DNA of 64,000 nucleotides from Squalus acanthias (lineage: Eukaryota). The stretch covers positions 141,982,001 through 142,046,000 of the forward strand of contig CM059432.1 of NCBI GenBank assembly GCA_030390025.1, in the 5' to 3' direction. A program made the translations under genes and the position numbers. Positions 24,113-37,000 of this stretch are shown here, piece by piece. The first letter of the stretch is position 1, and each line of letters begins with the position of its first letter. The notes under the pieces are model-generated. The model did no database searches, was not told the DNA's origin, and saw only the letters and a list, made by a program, of their open reading frames with translations.

Positions 24113-24509
24113 ACCATGGGGGGGGGAAGCCGTGAGTGTCTCAGGCTGGTGGTCTGACCATCTGCGAGATGTCCATTGGTCGCCACTTCCAGCTACAGGA
24201 ACAATGTGCCTTCCGGCTTTGGCGCAATGAAAATGTATGTGCAGGAGGGCAGTGGGCATGTACAGTGTTATGGTGTCTCCCAGAGGGTGCGGCTTGATGG
24301 GCCCCACAAGAAGTGTATGGAAAAATGAGAAGCACAGGTACCTTCATTGTCCTCCTGATACCAGCTAACTTCTTCCTGATTTGCTTGGAACCGAACTGAC
24401 TCAGTCGGTAACCTCCCTCCATGTCACTGGTGCCTGTTGCCTTCTACTCCAGATAGGGCCAGATGTCCTGTACCATCTACAGGACAAGTAGCTCTCCAGC
24501 ATGAAAAGG

Positions 24510-24765
24510 GTCGGCCACTTAGGACTGAGATGGGGAGAAATTTCTTCACTCAGAGGGTTGTGAATCTTTGGAATTCACTCTGGGTGCTCAGTCGTTGAAT
24601 ATATTCAAAACAGATAGATTTTTGGGCACTAAGGGAATCAGGGGACATGGAGATCGGGCAGGAAAGTGGAGTTGAGGTAGAAGTTCAGCCATGATCTTAT
24701 TTAATGGTGGAGCCGGCTCGAGGGGACGAATGGCCTACTCCTGCTCCTATTTCTGATGTTCTTAT
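24510..24765 (+). mobile_element. CR1 LINE 3' end fragment
   Basis: RNFFTQRVVNLWNS-coding stretch and 3' UTR with TTCTTATG tail. Confidence 0.82.
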
Positions 24766-24949
24766 GTTGCCTACCTGTTTCCGCAGGGCCACCAATTCAT
24801 CGACATTCAAGGGTAGATTTTCGGAGCCTTTGCCTGCTCTTGGCAAGGTACTTTGCACATGGTGAGCCCATATCGGAAAATCACAGGCTTGATGGCCATA
24901 ACTTTCCATCCATAGATGGCAACGGGTTGATCATCACAGGCTGCGGAAC

Positions 24950-25110
24950 AATCACTTTAAAAATGGAATTGGATATATACTTGAAATGACAAAATGTGCA
25001 GGGCTATGGGGGAAAAGTACGGGAGGTGTGGGCCTAATTGGAGCGCTCTTTCAAAGAGCTGGCACAGGCACGATGAGCCGAAGGACCTCCTTCTGTGCTG
25101 TGTGATTCTA
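24950..25110 (+). mobile_element. CR1 LINE 3' UTR fragment
   Basis: ..GAGCCGAAGGACCTCCTTCTGTGCTGTGTGATTCTAT. Confidence 0.7.
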
Positions 25111-26004
25111 TCAACATCTCTCTCAGTGGGAGAGGGTGAGCCACTAAAACATGCTCAGTGGGAGGGGGAGGGATTCATTGCTTAATCTTTCTCTGCAATT
25201 GGCATTTTATCTGAATTTTTCAACCTTTAAGGCGGTGTCTATTTCTCTCATCGTGGCTTCAGGAGAACATATGATTAGAAAGACACCTGGTGAGAATGGT
25301 GGGATACTGTACACTGATTCACACCAAGACTGTGCAGTAGGAGCATCTGTCCTGTCAACTAACGTTACTTGACAAGTTAACATTGAAATTGCCTATCGTT
25401 GTGCCATCTACAGGTGTTAACTAGTATTGACACTTTTAAAATGGATTTTGCCATAGACAGAGCCTGACATGGCAGTTTTCAATGCTATTTAAATGCAATT
25501 CTACAGCCAGCTGAACAGTTTTAAAATATAATACCTCAGCATTTTAAATTATTATTTTATGGACTTTTATCATGTTTGAAGGTTGCAGACTGGGCCTTGG
25601 AATTTGGGTCTTCCTGTGCCTCCACTCTGTGGAGGAAGATGAGAAGGACTAGGAGAACAACTGCAGAGATTCCAGGCTGAACAGGCACCTGATGTAGCCT
25701 CTGAGCCCTTCCCATTGCTACCCACACCCACCTCTATAGATTCAGGTGGGGCAACTTCACCAGGACCCCTTGGCAATGTTTCACAAAGCAGCAACTGAGT
25801 TGTGCCAGACCGGGGCAGCCACATCTTATAAGGGACATCTTCAGCTGATTAAAATCAATGCCCACGGCCAAATGAATCCTGCCATCACAGTCCCCCTTTT
25901 GGCAAGAAGCTCAACTCAGCTGCCTGATGACATGTAGCTCTCCTCCATTGCTACCAAGGCTCCCATTTGCATCCCATTCTGTTGTTCATTTGCGCTGACA
26001 CCTT

Positions 26005-26842
26005 GGGCTGGATTTTCTCAATGGGAAGCTTTTGGAGGAGGGACATGCCTCTTGCCGGCTTTCAATCCCGCCTCCATCAGCTTCTGGCCAACCCAGCAGG
26101 ATTTTCCCCTGATTGACCTTGTAAAGCCCGCCCAGCGGGCTCAGCAGGCCAATTAGGGGGAAGTCAGTGACAGAGCACGTCAACGTATGACGTGCCATCT
26201 GTCAAGAACTTTTGAAAGAAGAAATGTCATTGTTCGACAGCTCTGTGAAGCTGTCAAACACTGACATTCTGTGTAGTTTGATGAGCCCTTGTGTTCAGGA
26301 CTCATCAAACCTTTCAAATTTGCAGAAATCACCTGGCTGTTGGTTCAGAGGATCCAACAGCCAGTCTGTGAAATCTACAATGGAGATGTCGGGACTCCGG
26401 CTCCACAGCGGCTGAAGGCTGTAGGCAGAAACAAAGTTAAGTGAACATTTTCTAACACTTTACACTCACCTTACATACTTACCACTCCACACTTGCACCC
26501 ATCACTCGCCTCTACATCGCATTTTCAGACCCCCGCAGACCTCCTACTCGTCTCCTACACCCTGGTGGGGTTCCCCAAGGTCGGGAAGCCTGCACTTCGG
26601 AAGGAAAGATGGGGATAATCCTATTTTCTGCCTGTTAACTACCTGTTAACAGGCAGTTAATAGGCTTTAATCCCTTTCCCGCCTCGAGGAGACGGGACCC
26701 GGGGCAGGACTGCTTCCCGCCGCCTGGCAAGAGGGCACGGAGGCGGGATGGAGGCGAGTTTGCCATCCGCCCCTACTTTCTGCAACTTTATCGGCAGTCC
26801 CGCCTCCATACCCGCCTCCTCGGGGCTGACAAAATCCAGCCC
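26005..26842. mobile_element. PIF/Harbinger-like MITE
   Basis: TIRs GGGCTGGATTTT / AAAATCCAGCCC; 3-bp TSD CTT. Confidence 0.85.
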
Positions 26843-27021
26843 CTTACCTCAGATCATTCTGCACATATCCCATAAGTCACAAAAACATCCCACTGGCGAC
26901 AAATCTGACAACCTTTCTTACTGCTTGAGGGCTCACTGCCTTCCCTTGGTTCCTTGTGCCACATGCCCTTTCAGTCCTGGCCTCCTGCCTCTTCTACAGT
27001 GGCAAGAGTTTAAAAAAAAAA

Positions 27022-27328
27022 ATCATTCTCGGGATGTGGGCGTTGCTGGCAAGGCCAGCATTTATTGTCCATCCCTAGTTGCCCCCTTGAGAAGGTGGTG
27101 GTGGGCCTTCTTCTTGAACCATTGCAGTCCCGTGAGGTGAAGGAACTCCCACAGTGCTGTTAGGTAGGGAGTTCCAGGATTTTGACCCAGTGACGATAAA
27201 GGAACACCAATTTATTTCCAAGTCAGGATGGTATGTGACTTGGAGGGGAACTTGGAGGTGATGGTGTTCCCCTGCACCTGCTGCCCTTGTCCTAGGTGGT
27301 GGAGGTCGAGGGTTTGGGAGGTGCTGTC
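27022..27328 (-). mobile_element. Zenon-like LINE 3' fragment
   Basis: Homologous to 19340-19640 and 34057-34370. Confidence 0.87.
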
Positions 27329-27952
27329 ATAGAATCATAGAAAGTTACAGCACGGAAGGAGGCCATTTCGGCCCATCGTGTCCGCGCCGGCCAACAAAGA
27401 GCTATCCAGCCTAATCCCACTTCCCAGTTCTTGGTTCGTAGCCCTGCAGGTTAGAGCATCCCAAGTGCACATCCAAGTACTTTTTAAATGTGGTTAGGGT
27501 TTTTGCCTCTACCACCCTTTCAGGCAGTGAGTTCTAGACCCCCACAACCCTCTGGTTGAAGAAATTTCCCCTCAAATCCCCTCTAAACCTTCCACCAATT
27601 ACTTTAAATCTGTGCCCCCTGGTTTGTGACCCCTCTGCTAAGGGAAATAGGTCCTTACTATCCACTTTATCTAGGCCCCTCATAATTTTATACACCTCAA
27701 TAAGGTCTCCCCTCAGCCTCCACTGTTCCAAGGAAAACAAACCCAGCCTATCTAGTCTTTCCTCATAGCTAAGATTCTCTACTCCGGCAACATCCTTGTA
27801 AATCTCATCTGTACCCTCTCTAGTGCAATCACATCTTTCCTGTAATGTGGTGACCAGAACTGCACGCAGTACTCTAGCTGAGGCCCAACTAGTGTTTTAT
27901 ACAGTTGAAGCATAACCCCCCTGCTCTTGTATTCTATGCCACGGCTAATAAA

Positions 27953-29428
27953 AATGAGAAGTCGCACAACACCAGGTTATAGTCCAACAGTTTTATTTAA
28001 AATTACGAGCTTTCGGAGCTCCGCTCCTTCTTCAGGTAAAGGTATAGTGAGGGAATCGATTACACAGTATATATACACAGAGAACAATTTGTCTGCAGAG
28101 ATACAATCTGTTAGGGAGGCATTACATCAAAGACACATCAGAGTACAGCTAAGACAATGAGGTGGGTCACAGGGGTCCAACGTGTCAAATGCTGCCGTCT
28201 GCAGTTAAGCTTTTAACTAAAAAAAAGTTAAAAGCTTAACTGCAGACGGCAGCATTTGACACGTTGGACCCCCTGTGACCCACCTCATTGTCTTAGCTGT
28301 ACTCTGATGTGTCTTTGATGTAATGCCTCCCTAACAGATTGTATCTCTGCAGACAAATTGTTCTCTGTGTATATATACTGTGTAATCGATTCCCTCACTG
28401 TACCTTTACCTGAAGAAGGAGCGGAGCTCCGAAAGCTCGTAATTTTAAATAAAACTGTTGGGGGGAAAAATTCAGTTGGTTGCACCTCCCGTTAGCGCCT
28501 TAAGAGGGCGCTAATGGGGCGCAAAGCATCTAGCGCCCAGGCGCGGCGAAGTTTGCGCCGCTCGCGAAATTAACTAGACATTTTGCGGCGGCGCTAAACA
28601 CTACCGCCACGATCTCCTGCGCCGGCAGATAGTGACGTCAGTCGAGTGCGCAACGCCCCGGTATCGCCCCGGAGCGGATATTGAGTGGCGCCCCCTGCCT
28701 TACCGCCTGACGCTAGCAACGACAGTTTGAGTGGAGCGTTCTGCAGTCATGAAGGGAAAGGGGGAGCGCTATTTAAAGGTGACCGCTTCCTGCCTTTTAT
28801 TGTTGGTGCCATTTTTGAACTACGCATTCTGAGAGAGAGAGAGAGAGACTTCTGGAGAGTTTCAACGTTGTGTGAAGGAGTTTTGGGTACTGAGCAGCAC
28901 TTTGCAGGTTCATTTTGATTTGCCATTCCTTGTATCGATTTAGCAGAGACTGTGGGGGCTGCACTCTGAGCTCTTTGCCTGGTACTCTCCATTGTTCTTT
29001 CCAGCAGATTTGATGTGCAGGTCTCTCCAGGCCGAGATTCAAGGCTGCAATGAGCAGGATGTGGATGGAAAGCAAGATTAACCATCCCCTTTAAGAACTG
29101 GCCCGTGCAATTGTGTGTGTGTTCCATTGCTGACTGACATTACATGAGCTTCGCCAGCGCTCTGAGGTAGCGCCTCGCTCCTCGGCCTTTGCGCCTTAAG
29201 ACAGGTGTGAAGCGCTTGATTTAGCGCTCCAATCACCTCCAGGGGCGATAAAAGTCAAGTTTGCAGTCGGTGGCGATAATTAGTGCCAGGCGCTAATCTT
29301 TGCGCCCGGCCGATAATTGCGCCCCAAATGGGGCGATACTGAATTTCTCCCCCTTGGACTATAACCTGGTGTTATGCGACTTCTCATTTTTGTCCACCCC
29401 AGTCCAACACCGGCATCTCCGCATCATG
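27953..29428. mobile_element. Penelope-like inverted (hairpin) insert with a hammerhead motif on each arm
   Basis: ~270-bp arms around a 6-nt loop at 28219-28224; 12-bp TSD ACGGCTAATAAA (27941-27952, 29429-29440); CTGAAGA..GAAAGCTC core. Confidence 0.82.
28461..29353. mobile_element. PIF/Harbinger-like non-autonomous element, copy 1
   Basis: TIRs GGGGGAAAAATTCAG / CTGAATTTCTCCCCC; 3-bp TSD TTG. Confidence 0.88.
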
Positions 29429-30111
29429 ACGGCTAATAAAGGCAAACATTCCGTATGCCTTCTTAACCACCTTACCTACCTGGCCTGCTACCTTCAGGGA
29501 TCTGTGGACATGCACTCCAAGGTCCCTTTGTTCCTCTACACTACTCAGTGTCCTACCATTTAATGTGTATTCCCTTTCCTTGTTAGCCCTCCCCAAATGC
29601 ATTACCTCACACTTCTCCAGATTGAATTCCATTTGCCACTGTTCTGCCCACCTGACCAATTTATTGATACCTTCCTGCAGTCTACAGCTTCCTTCTTCAG
29701 TATCAGCCACACAGCCGATTTTAGTATCATCTGCAAACTTTTTAATCATACCCCCTATATTCAAGTCTAGATCATTGATATATACCACAAAAAGCAAGGG
29801 ATCTAGTACTGAGCCCTGAAGAGATGGCTGGCCAATGATTTGCTGTAGGAGCCTTGGAGTATTGAGATGGTTCCTCTCTTGCCTTTGGTCGAGGCCGTTT
29901 CCCTTATAAGAATAAAGTAGAGGGATTGAAGGCATTCCGTTTGTCAGCATATTAAATTAAAGCCAAGATCCCTTAATGGTGCTGGCAACTAAATATCTCT
30001 CAGATGCATTTTCCACTGTTTCCTTACGTGTTCAACTGTGAGTAAGGGAACACTTGCAGGAGAAGAAACAGGGGTGCCAAGGCCAGCTCCTGCCATGGGC
30101 CTGAACTCATA

Positions 30112-31004
30112 GGGGTAAAAATTCAGTTGGTTGCGCCTCCCGTTAGCGCCTTAAGAGGGCGCTAATGGGGCGCAAAGCCGCTAACGCCCGGGCGCAGCGA
30201 TGTTTGCGCCGCTCGGGAACTTAACTTGACATTGTGCGGCGGCGCTAAAACTTACCGCTGCGACCACCTGCGTGCGCAGATTGTGACGTCATTCCATGGT
30301 GCAACGCCCTTGTGGCGCCCCGGAGCGGAAATTGAGTGGCGCCCCCTGCCTTACCGCCTGGCGCATCCAACGACCAGAAGACTGGAACGCTATCAATCGC
30401 TGTGGGGCTGGGGGGGGCGCTATTTAAAGGGGGCCTCTTCCTGTCTTTTATTGTTGGTGGCATTTTTGAACTACGCATTCTGAGAGAGAGAGGGAGAGAC
30501 TTCTGGACAGATTCAACGTTGTGTGAAGGAGTTTTGGGTACTGAGCAGCACTTTGCAGGTTCATTTTGATTTGCCATTCCTTGTATCGATTTAGCAGAGA
30601 CTGTGGGAGCTGCACTCTGAGCTCTTTGCCTGGTACTCTCCATTGTTCTTTCCAGCACATTTGATGTGCAAGTCTCTCCAGGCCGAGATTCAAGGCTGCA
30701 ATGAACAGGATGTGGATGGAAAGCAAGATTAACCATCCCCTTTAAGAACTGGCCCGTGCCATTGTGTGTGTGTTCCATTGCTGACTGACATTACATGAGC
30801 TTCGCCAGCGCTCTGAGTTAGCGCCTCACTCCTCGGCCTTTGCGCCTTAAGACAGGTGTGCAGCGCCTGCTTTAGCGCTCCACTCACCTCCCGGGGCGGT
30901 AAAAGTGAAGTTTCCAGTCAGTGCCGATAATTAGCGCCAGGCGCTAATATTTGCGTCCAGACGATATTAGCGCCCCAAATGGGGCGCGACCTAATTTCTA
31001 CCCC
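30112..31004. mobile_element. PIF/Harbinger-like non-autonomous element, copy 2
   Basis: TIRs GGGGTAAAAATT / AATTTCTACCCC; TSD ATA; colinear with 28461-29353. Confidence 0.88.
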
Positions 31005-31512
31005 ATAGAATCATAGAATAATACAGCACAGAAGGAGGCCATTCAGCCCATCATGCCTGTGTCTGCTCTTTGAAAGAGCAATCCAATTAGTCCCACTCTC
31101 CTGCTCTTTCCCCATAGCCCTGCAATTTTTTCCAATTCAAGTATATACCCAAATCCCTTTTGAAAGTTGCTATTGAATCTGCTTCCACCACCCTTTCAGG
31201 CAGCGCATTCCAGATCATAACAACTTGCTGCGTAATTTTTTTCCCTCATCTCCCCCTCTGTTTCTTTTGCTAATTATCTTAAATCTGTGTCCTCTGGTTA
31301 CTGACCCTTCTGCCACTGGAAACAGTTTCTCCTTATTTACTCTATCAAAATCATTCATGATTTTGAACACCTCTATTAAATCTCCCCTTAAACTTCTCAT
31401 CTATAAGAAGAACAATCCCAGCTTCTCTAGTCTCCCACATAACTGAAGTCTTTCATCCTTGGTATCATTCCAGTAAATCTTCTCTGCACCCTCTCCAAGG
31501 CCTTGACATCCA
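31005..31512 (-). mobile_element. CR1 LINE 3' fragment
   Basis: LRGDLIEVFKIMNDFDRVNKEKLFP; ATTCTATG tail. Confidence 0.87.
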
Positions 31513-31536
31513 ACTGTAAGATACCCTATTCGTGTA

Positions 31537-33405
31537 TAGAAACATAGAAGATAGGAGCAGGAGTAGGCCATTCGGCCCCTCGAGCCTGCTCCGCCATTTA
31601 ATGAGATCATGGCTGATCATCCAAATTCAGTACCCTGTCCCTGCTTTCTCCCCATATCCCTTGATCCCTTTAGCCTTAAGAAATATATCCAACTCCTTCT
31701 TGAATATATTTAATGAATTGGCCTCAACTGCCTTGTGTGGTAGAAAATTCCACAGGTTCACCACTCTCTGGGTGAAGAAATTCCTCCTCATCTCTGTCCT
31801 AAATGGCTTTCACCTTATCCTTAGACTGTGACCCCTGGTTCTGGACTCCCCCGCCATCGGGAATATCCTTCCTGCATCTAGTCTGTCTAGTCCTGTTAGA
31901 ATTTTATAAGTTTCAATGAGATCCCCTCTCATTCTTCTAAACATCAGCGAATATAAGCCTAATCGACCCAATCTCTCCTCATACGTCATTCCTGCCATCC
32001 CAGGTATCAGTCTGGTGAATCTTCGCTGCACTCCCTCCATGGCAAGAACATCCTTCCTCAGATAAGGCGACCAAAACTGCACACAATACTCAAGGTGTGG
32101 TCTCACCAAGGCCCTGTACAACTGCAGCAAGACATCCTTACTCCTGTACTCGAATCCTCTCACTATGAAGGCCAACATACCATTTGCCTTCTTAACCGCC
32201 TGCTGCACCTGCATGCTTACCTTCAGCGACTGGTGCACAAGGACACCCAGGTCTCGTTGCTCTTCCCCTTTTCCCAATCTATTGCCGTTCAGATAATAAT
32301 CTGCCTTCCTGTTTTTGCCACCGAAGTGGATAACCTCGCATTTATCCACATTATACTGCATTTGCCATGCATCTGCCCAATCACCCAACCTGTCCAAATC
32401 ATACTGGAGTTTCTCTGCATCCTCCTCACAGCACACACGCCCACCCAGCTTTGTGTCGTCTGCAAACTTGGAGATATTACATCTAGTTCCCTCGTCTAGA
32501 TCATTTATATATATTGTGAATAGCTGGGGTCCGAGCACTGATCCCTGCGGTATCCCACTAGTCACTGCCTGCCCCTTGGAAAAAGACCCGTTTATTCCAA
32601 CTCTTTGCTTCCTGTCTGCCAACCAGTTCTCTATTCAAGACAGTACCTTACCCCCAATCCCATGTGCATTAACTTTGCACACTAATCTCTTATGCGGGAC
32701 CTTATTGAAAGCCTTCTGAAAGTCCAAATACACCACATCCACTGGTTCTCCCTTATCTATTCTACCAGTTACATCCTCAAAAAATTCCAGTAGATTAGTC
32801 AAGCATGATTTACTTTTTGTAAATCCATGTTGAATTTGTCCGATCCTGTCACTGTTTTCCAAGTGCTCTGCCATTACATCTTTTATAATGGACTCTAGCA
32901 TTTTGCCCACTACCGATGTCAGGCTTACCGGTCTATAATTCCCCATTTTTTCTCGACCACCTTTTTTAAATAGTGGGGTTACATTAGCTATCCTCCAATC
33001 CATGGGAACTGTGCCAGAGTCTATAGAATTTTGGAAGATGACCAGCAATGCATCTACTATTTCTAGGGCCACTTCCTTAAGTACCCTAGGATGTAGATTA
33101 TCAGGCCCTGGGGATTTATCGGCCTTCAATCCCGTCAATTTCCCGAACACCATTTCCCTACAAATACTGATTTCATTCAATTCCTCCCTCTCATTAGACC
33201 CTATGTTCCCCGACATCTCTGGGAGGTTATTTGTGTCCTCCTTTGTGAAGACAGAACCAAAGTATGTATTTAATTGGTCAGCCATTTCTTTGTTCCCCAT
33301 TATAAATTCCCCTGATTCTGACTGCAAGGGAACTACGCTTGACTTCACCAATCTTTTTCTCTTCACATATCTATAGAAGCTTTTACAGTCAGTTTTTATG
33401 TTCCT
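31537..33405 (-). mobile_element. Young 5'-truncated CR1 LINE; ORF2 RT region split by one stop
   Basis: ORFs 32635-33366 and 31810-32622 are consecutive RT segments in one frame. Confidence 0.95.
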
Positions 33406-34056
33406 ATGTTTTATGTATACATATATACATAGGATTAAGATTGGTTTAATCTCATACGATTAAGATTTTTGCTTTCTTTTAACTTGTGGATTTGCACTGT
33501 AGCTAGAAACAATGAAATGGTTGAAGTTGTTCATTCCCAGGATGATTTAGGGTTTAAGGCGTCAGGGTATAATTTAGCTGACTGTGCTGTTTAGCTTCTG
33601 CTGAAAGTGCGGGATGTGTGATTCATACCTGTTGACTTCTTTTTGTTGCCACATTGCGAATCGAGATAGCCAAGGTAGTCTTGAGATAAGGAAACAGACA
33701 TTGGGGCTAAGATGATTAGTGACATGCTTAATGCTAAACAGATGAGCCATCTGCAAGTTTTGTAGGAACTACCTAACTTCTGGGGATCTTATTCACAATA
33801 ACTGTTATCAGGACATAATAAATCAGCTAAGACAGAGTGCGTGACTAGAGACCCATAATGATCTTGAGCTTTCCTTCACAATTTGTAGAGAGAGACGAAA
33901 ATGAAAGGTTCGATGAAGGTTACATCTCTACCCAAAGGGGAAAAGGGGTAATTGCATTTATTTCTCTCCATGACTACTACTTAGAGACATTGAATGTGTC
34001 AAGATTTGATTGAACACAATAAAAGGTTTAAGTTGCAAACTATATTTGGTGTCAGA

Positions 34057-37000
34057 TTTATTCGTTCATGGGATGTGGGCGTCGCTGGCAAGGCCAGCAT
34101 TTATTGCCCATCCCTAATTGCCCTTGAGAAGGTGGTGGTGAGCCGCCTTCTTGAACCGCTGCAGTCCGTGTGGTGAAGGTGCTCCCACAGTGCTGTTAGC
34201 GAGGGAGTTCCAGGATTTTGACCCAGCGACAATGAAGGATCAGCGATATATTTCTAAGTCAGGATGGTGTGTGACTTGGAGGGGAACTTGGGAGGTGGTG
34301 GTGTTCCCATGCGCCTGCTGCCCTCGTCCTTCTAGGTGGAAGAGGTCGCAGGTTTGGGAGGTGCTGCCGAAGAAGCCTTGTCGAGTTGCTGCAGTGCATC
34401 TTGTAGATGGTACACACTGCAGCCACGGTACGCCGGTGGTAAAGGGAGTGAATGTTTAAGGTGGTGGATGAGGTGCCAATCAAGCGGGCTGCTTTGTCCT
34501 GGATGGTGTTGAGCTTCTTGAGTGTTGTTGGAGCTGCACTCATCCAGGCAAGTGGAGAGTATTCCATAACACTCCTTACTTGTACCTTGTAGATGGTGGA
34601 AAGGCTTTGGGGAGTCAGGTGGTGAGACACTCGCCGCAGAATACCTAGACTCTGACCTGGTCTTGTTGCCACAGTATTTATGTGGCTGGTCCAGTTATAT
34701 TTCTGGTCAATGATAACCCCCAGGATGTTGATGGTGGGGGATTCGGCGATGGTAATGCCGTTACATAGAAGATAGGAGCAGGAGTAGGCCATTCGGCCCC
34801 TCGAGCCTGCTCCGCCATTCGATGAGATCATGGCTGATCATCCAAACTCAGTACCCTGTACCTGCCTTCTCCCCATATCCCTTGATACCTTTAGCTTTAA
34901 GAAATATATCTAACTCATTCTTGAATATATTTAATGACTTGGCCTCAACTACCTTCTGTGGTAGAGAATTCCACAGGTTCACCACTCTCCTACATTCTGT
35001 CCTAAATGGCTTACCCCTTATCCTTAGATTATGGCCCCTGGTTCTGGACTCTCCGACCATCGGGAACATTCTTCCTGCATCTAGATTGTCCAGACCTGTC
35101 AGAATTTTATATGTTTCGATGAGATCCCCTCTCATTCTTCTGTACTCCAGCGAGTATAAGCCTAATCGACCCAATCTCTCCTCATATGTCATTCCTGCCA
35201 TCCCAGGTATCAGCCTTGTGAATCTTCGCTGAACTCCTTCCATGGCAAGAACATCCTTCCTCAGATAAGGCGACCAAAACTGCACACAGTACTCAAGGTG
35301 TGGTCTCACCAAGCCCTGTACAACTGCAGCAGGACAGCCCTGTTCCTATACTCAAACCCTTTTGCTATGAAGGCCAACATACCATTTGCCTTCTTCACCG
35401 CCTGCTGCACCTGCATGCTTACCTTCAGCGACTGGTGCACAAGGACACCCAAGTCTCGTTGCACTTCCCCTTCTCCCAATCTATTGCCATTCAGATAATA
35501 GTCTGGCTTTCTGTTTTTGACACCAAAGTGGATAACCTCGCATTTATCCACGTTATATTGCATCTGCCATGCTTCTGCCCACTCACCCAACCTGTCCAAA
35601 TCATCCTGGAGTTTCTCAGTATCCTCCTCGCAGCACACACGCCCACCCAGCTTTGTGTCATCTGCAAACTTGGAGATATTACATTTAGTTCCCTTATCTA
35701 GATCATTAATGTATATTGTGAATAGCTGGGGTCCAAGGACATGGGGCAGTGGTTAGACTCTCGCTTGTTGGAGATAGTCATTGCCTGGCACTTGTGTTGC
35801 GCGAATGTTACCTGCCACTTATCAGACCATCCTGAACGTCGTCCAGGTCTTGTTGCATGCGGGCATGGACTGCTTCATTATCTGAGGAGATGTGAATGGC
35901 ACTGAACACTGTGCAATCATCAGTGAACATCCCCATTTGTGACCTTATGTTGGAGGGAAGGTCATTGATGAAGCAGCTGAAGATGGTTGGGCCTAGGACA
36001 CTACCCTGAGGAACTCCTGCAGCGATGTCCTGGGGCTGTGATGATTGACCTCCAACCACCACAACCATCTTCCTTTGTGCTAGTTATGACTCCAGCCAGT
36101 GGAGAGTTTTCTCCCCCAATTCCCATTGACTTCAGTTTTACTAGGGCTCCTTGATGCCACACTCTGTCAAATGCTGCCTTGATGTCAAGGGCAGTCACTC
36201 TCACCTCACCTCTGGAATTCAGCTCCTTTGTCCATGTTTGGACCAAGGCTGTAATGAGGTCGGGAGCCGAGTGGTCTTGGTGGAACCCAAACTGGGCATC
36301 AGTGAGCAGGTTATTGGTGAGTAAGTGCTGCTTGATAGCACTATCGATGACACCCTCCATCACTTTGCAGATGATTGAAAGTAAACTGATGGGACGGTAA
36401 TTAGCTGGATTTGATTTGTCCTGCTTTTTGTGGACAGGACATACCTGGGCAGTTTTCCACATTGTCGAATAGATGCCAGTGTTGTAGCTGTACTGGAACA
36501 GCTTGGCTAGAGGCGCGGCTAGTTCTGGAGCACAAATCTTCAGCACGACAGCCGGGATGTTGTCAGGGCCCATAGCCTTTGCTGTATCCAGTGCACTCAG
36601 CCGTTTCTTGATATCACGTGGAGTGAATCGAATTGGCTGAAGACTGGCTTCTGTGATGGTCGGGACCTCAGGAGGAAGCCGATATGGATCATCCACTCGG
36701 CACTTCTGGCTGAAGATGATTGCAAACGCTTCAACCTTGTCTTTTGCACTCACGTGCTTGGCTCCACCATCATTGAGGATGGGGATATTCATGGAGCTTC
36801 CTCCTCCCGTCAGTTGTTTAATGGTTGACCACCATTCACGACTGGATGTGGCAGGACTGCAGAGCTTTGATCAGATCCGTTGATTGTGGGATCGCTTAGC
36901 CCTGTCTGTAGCATGCTGCTTCCGCTGTTTAGCATACATGTCGTCCTGTGTTGCAGCTTCCCCAGGTTGGCACCTCATTTTTAGGTACGCCTGGTGCTGC

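Larger units (their letters stand above)
27329..29817 (-). mobile_element. CR1 LINE, interrupted by a Penelope-like insert (27953-29428)
   Basis: QGSVLDPLLF..KFADDTK..GMFAFISR continues across the insert to GIEYKSR..LEYCVQFWSP; ATTCTATG tail. Confidence 0.92.

Noticed and set aside
28747..30778. Duplicated ORFs MEHTHN.. as paralogous genes
   Set aside because: They lie inside two copies of a non-autonomous transposon, with no transposase motifs
31810..33366. Active autonomous CR1
   Set aside because: 5'-truncated (no endonuclease or ORF1) and has an in-frame stop
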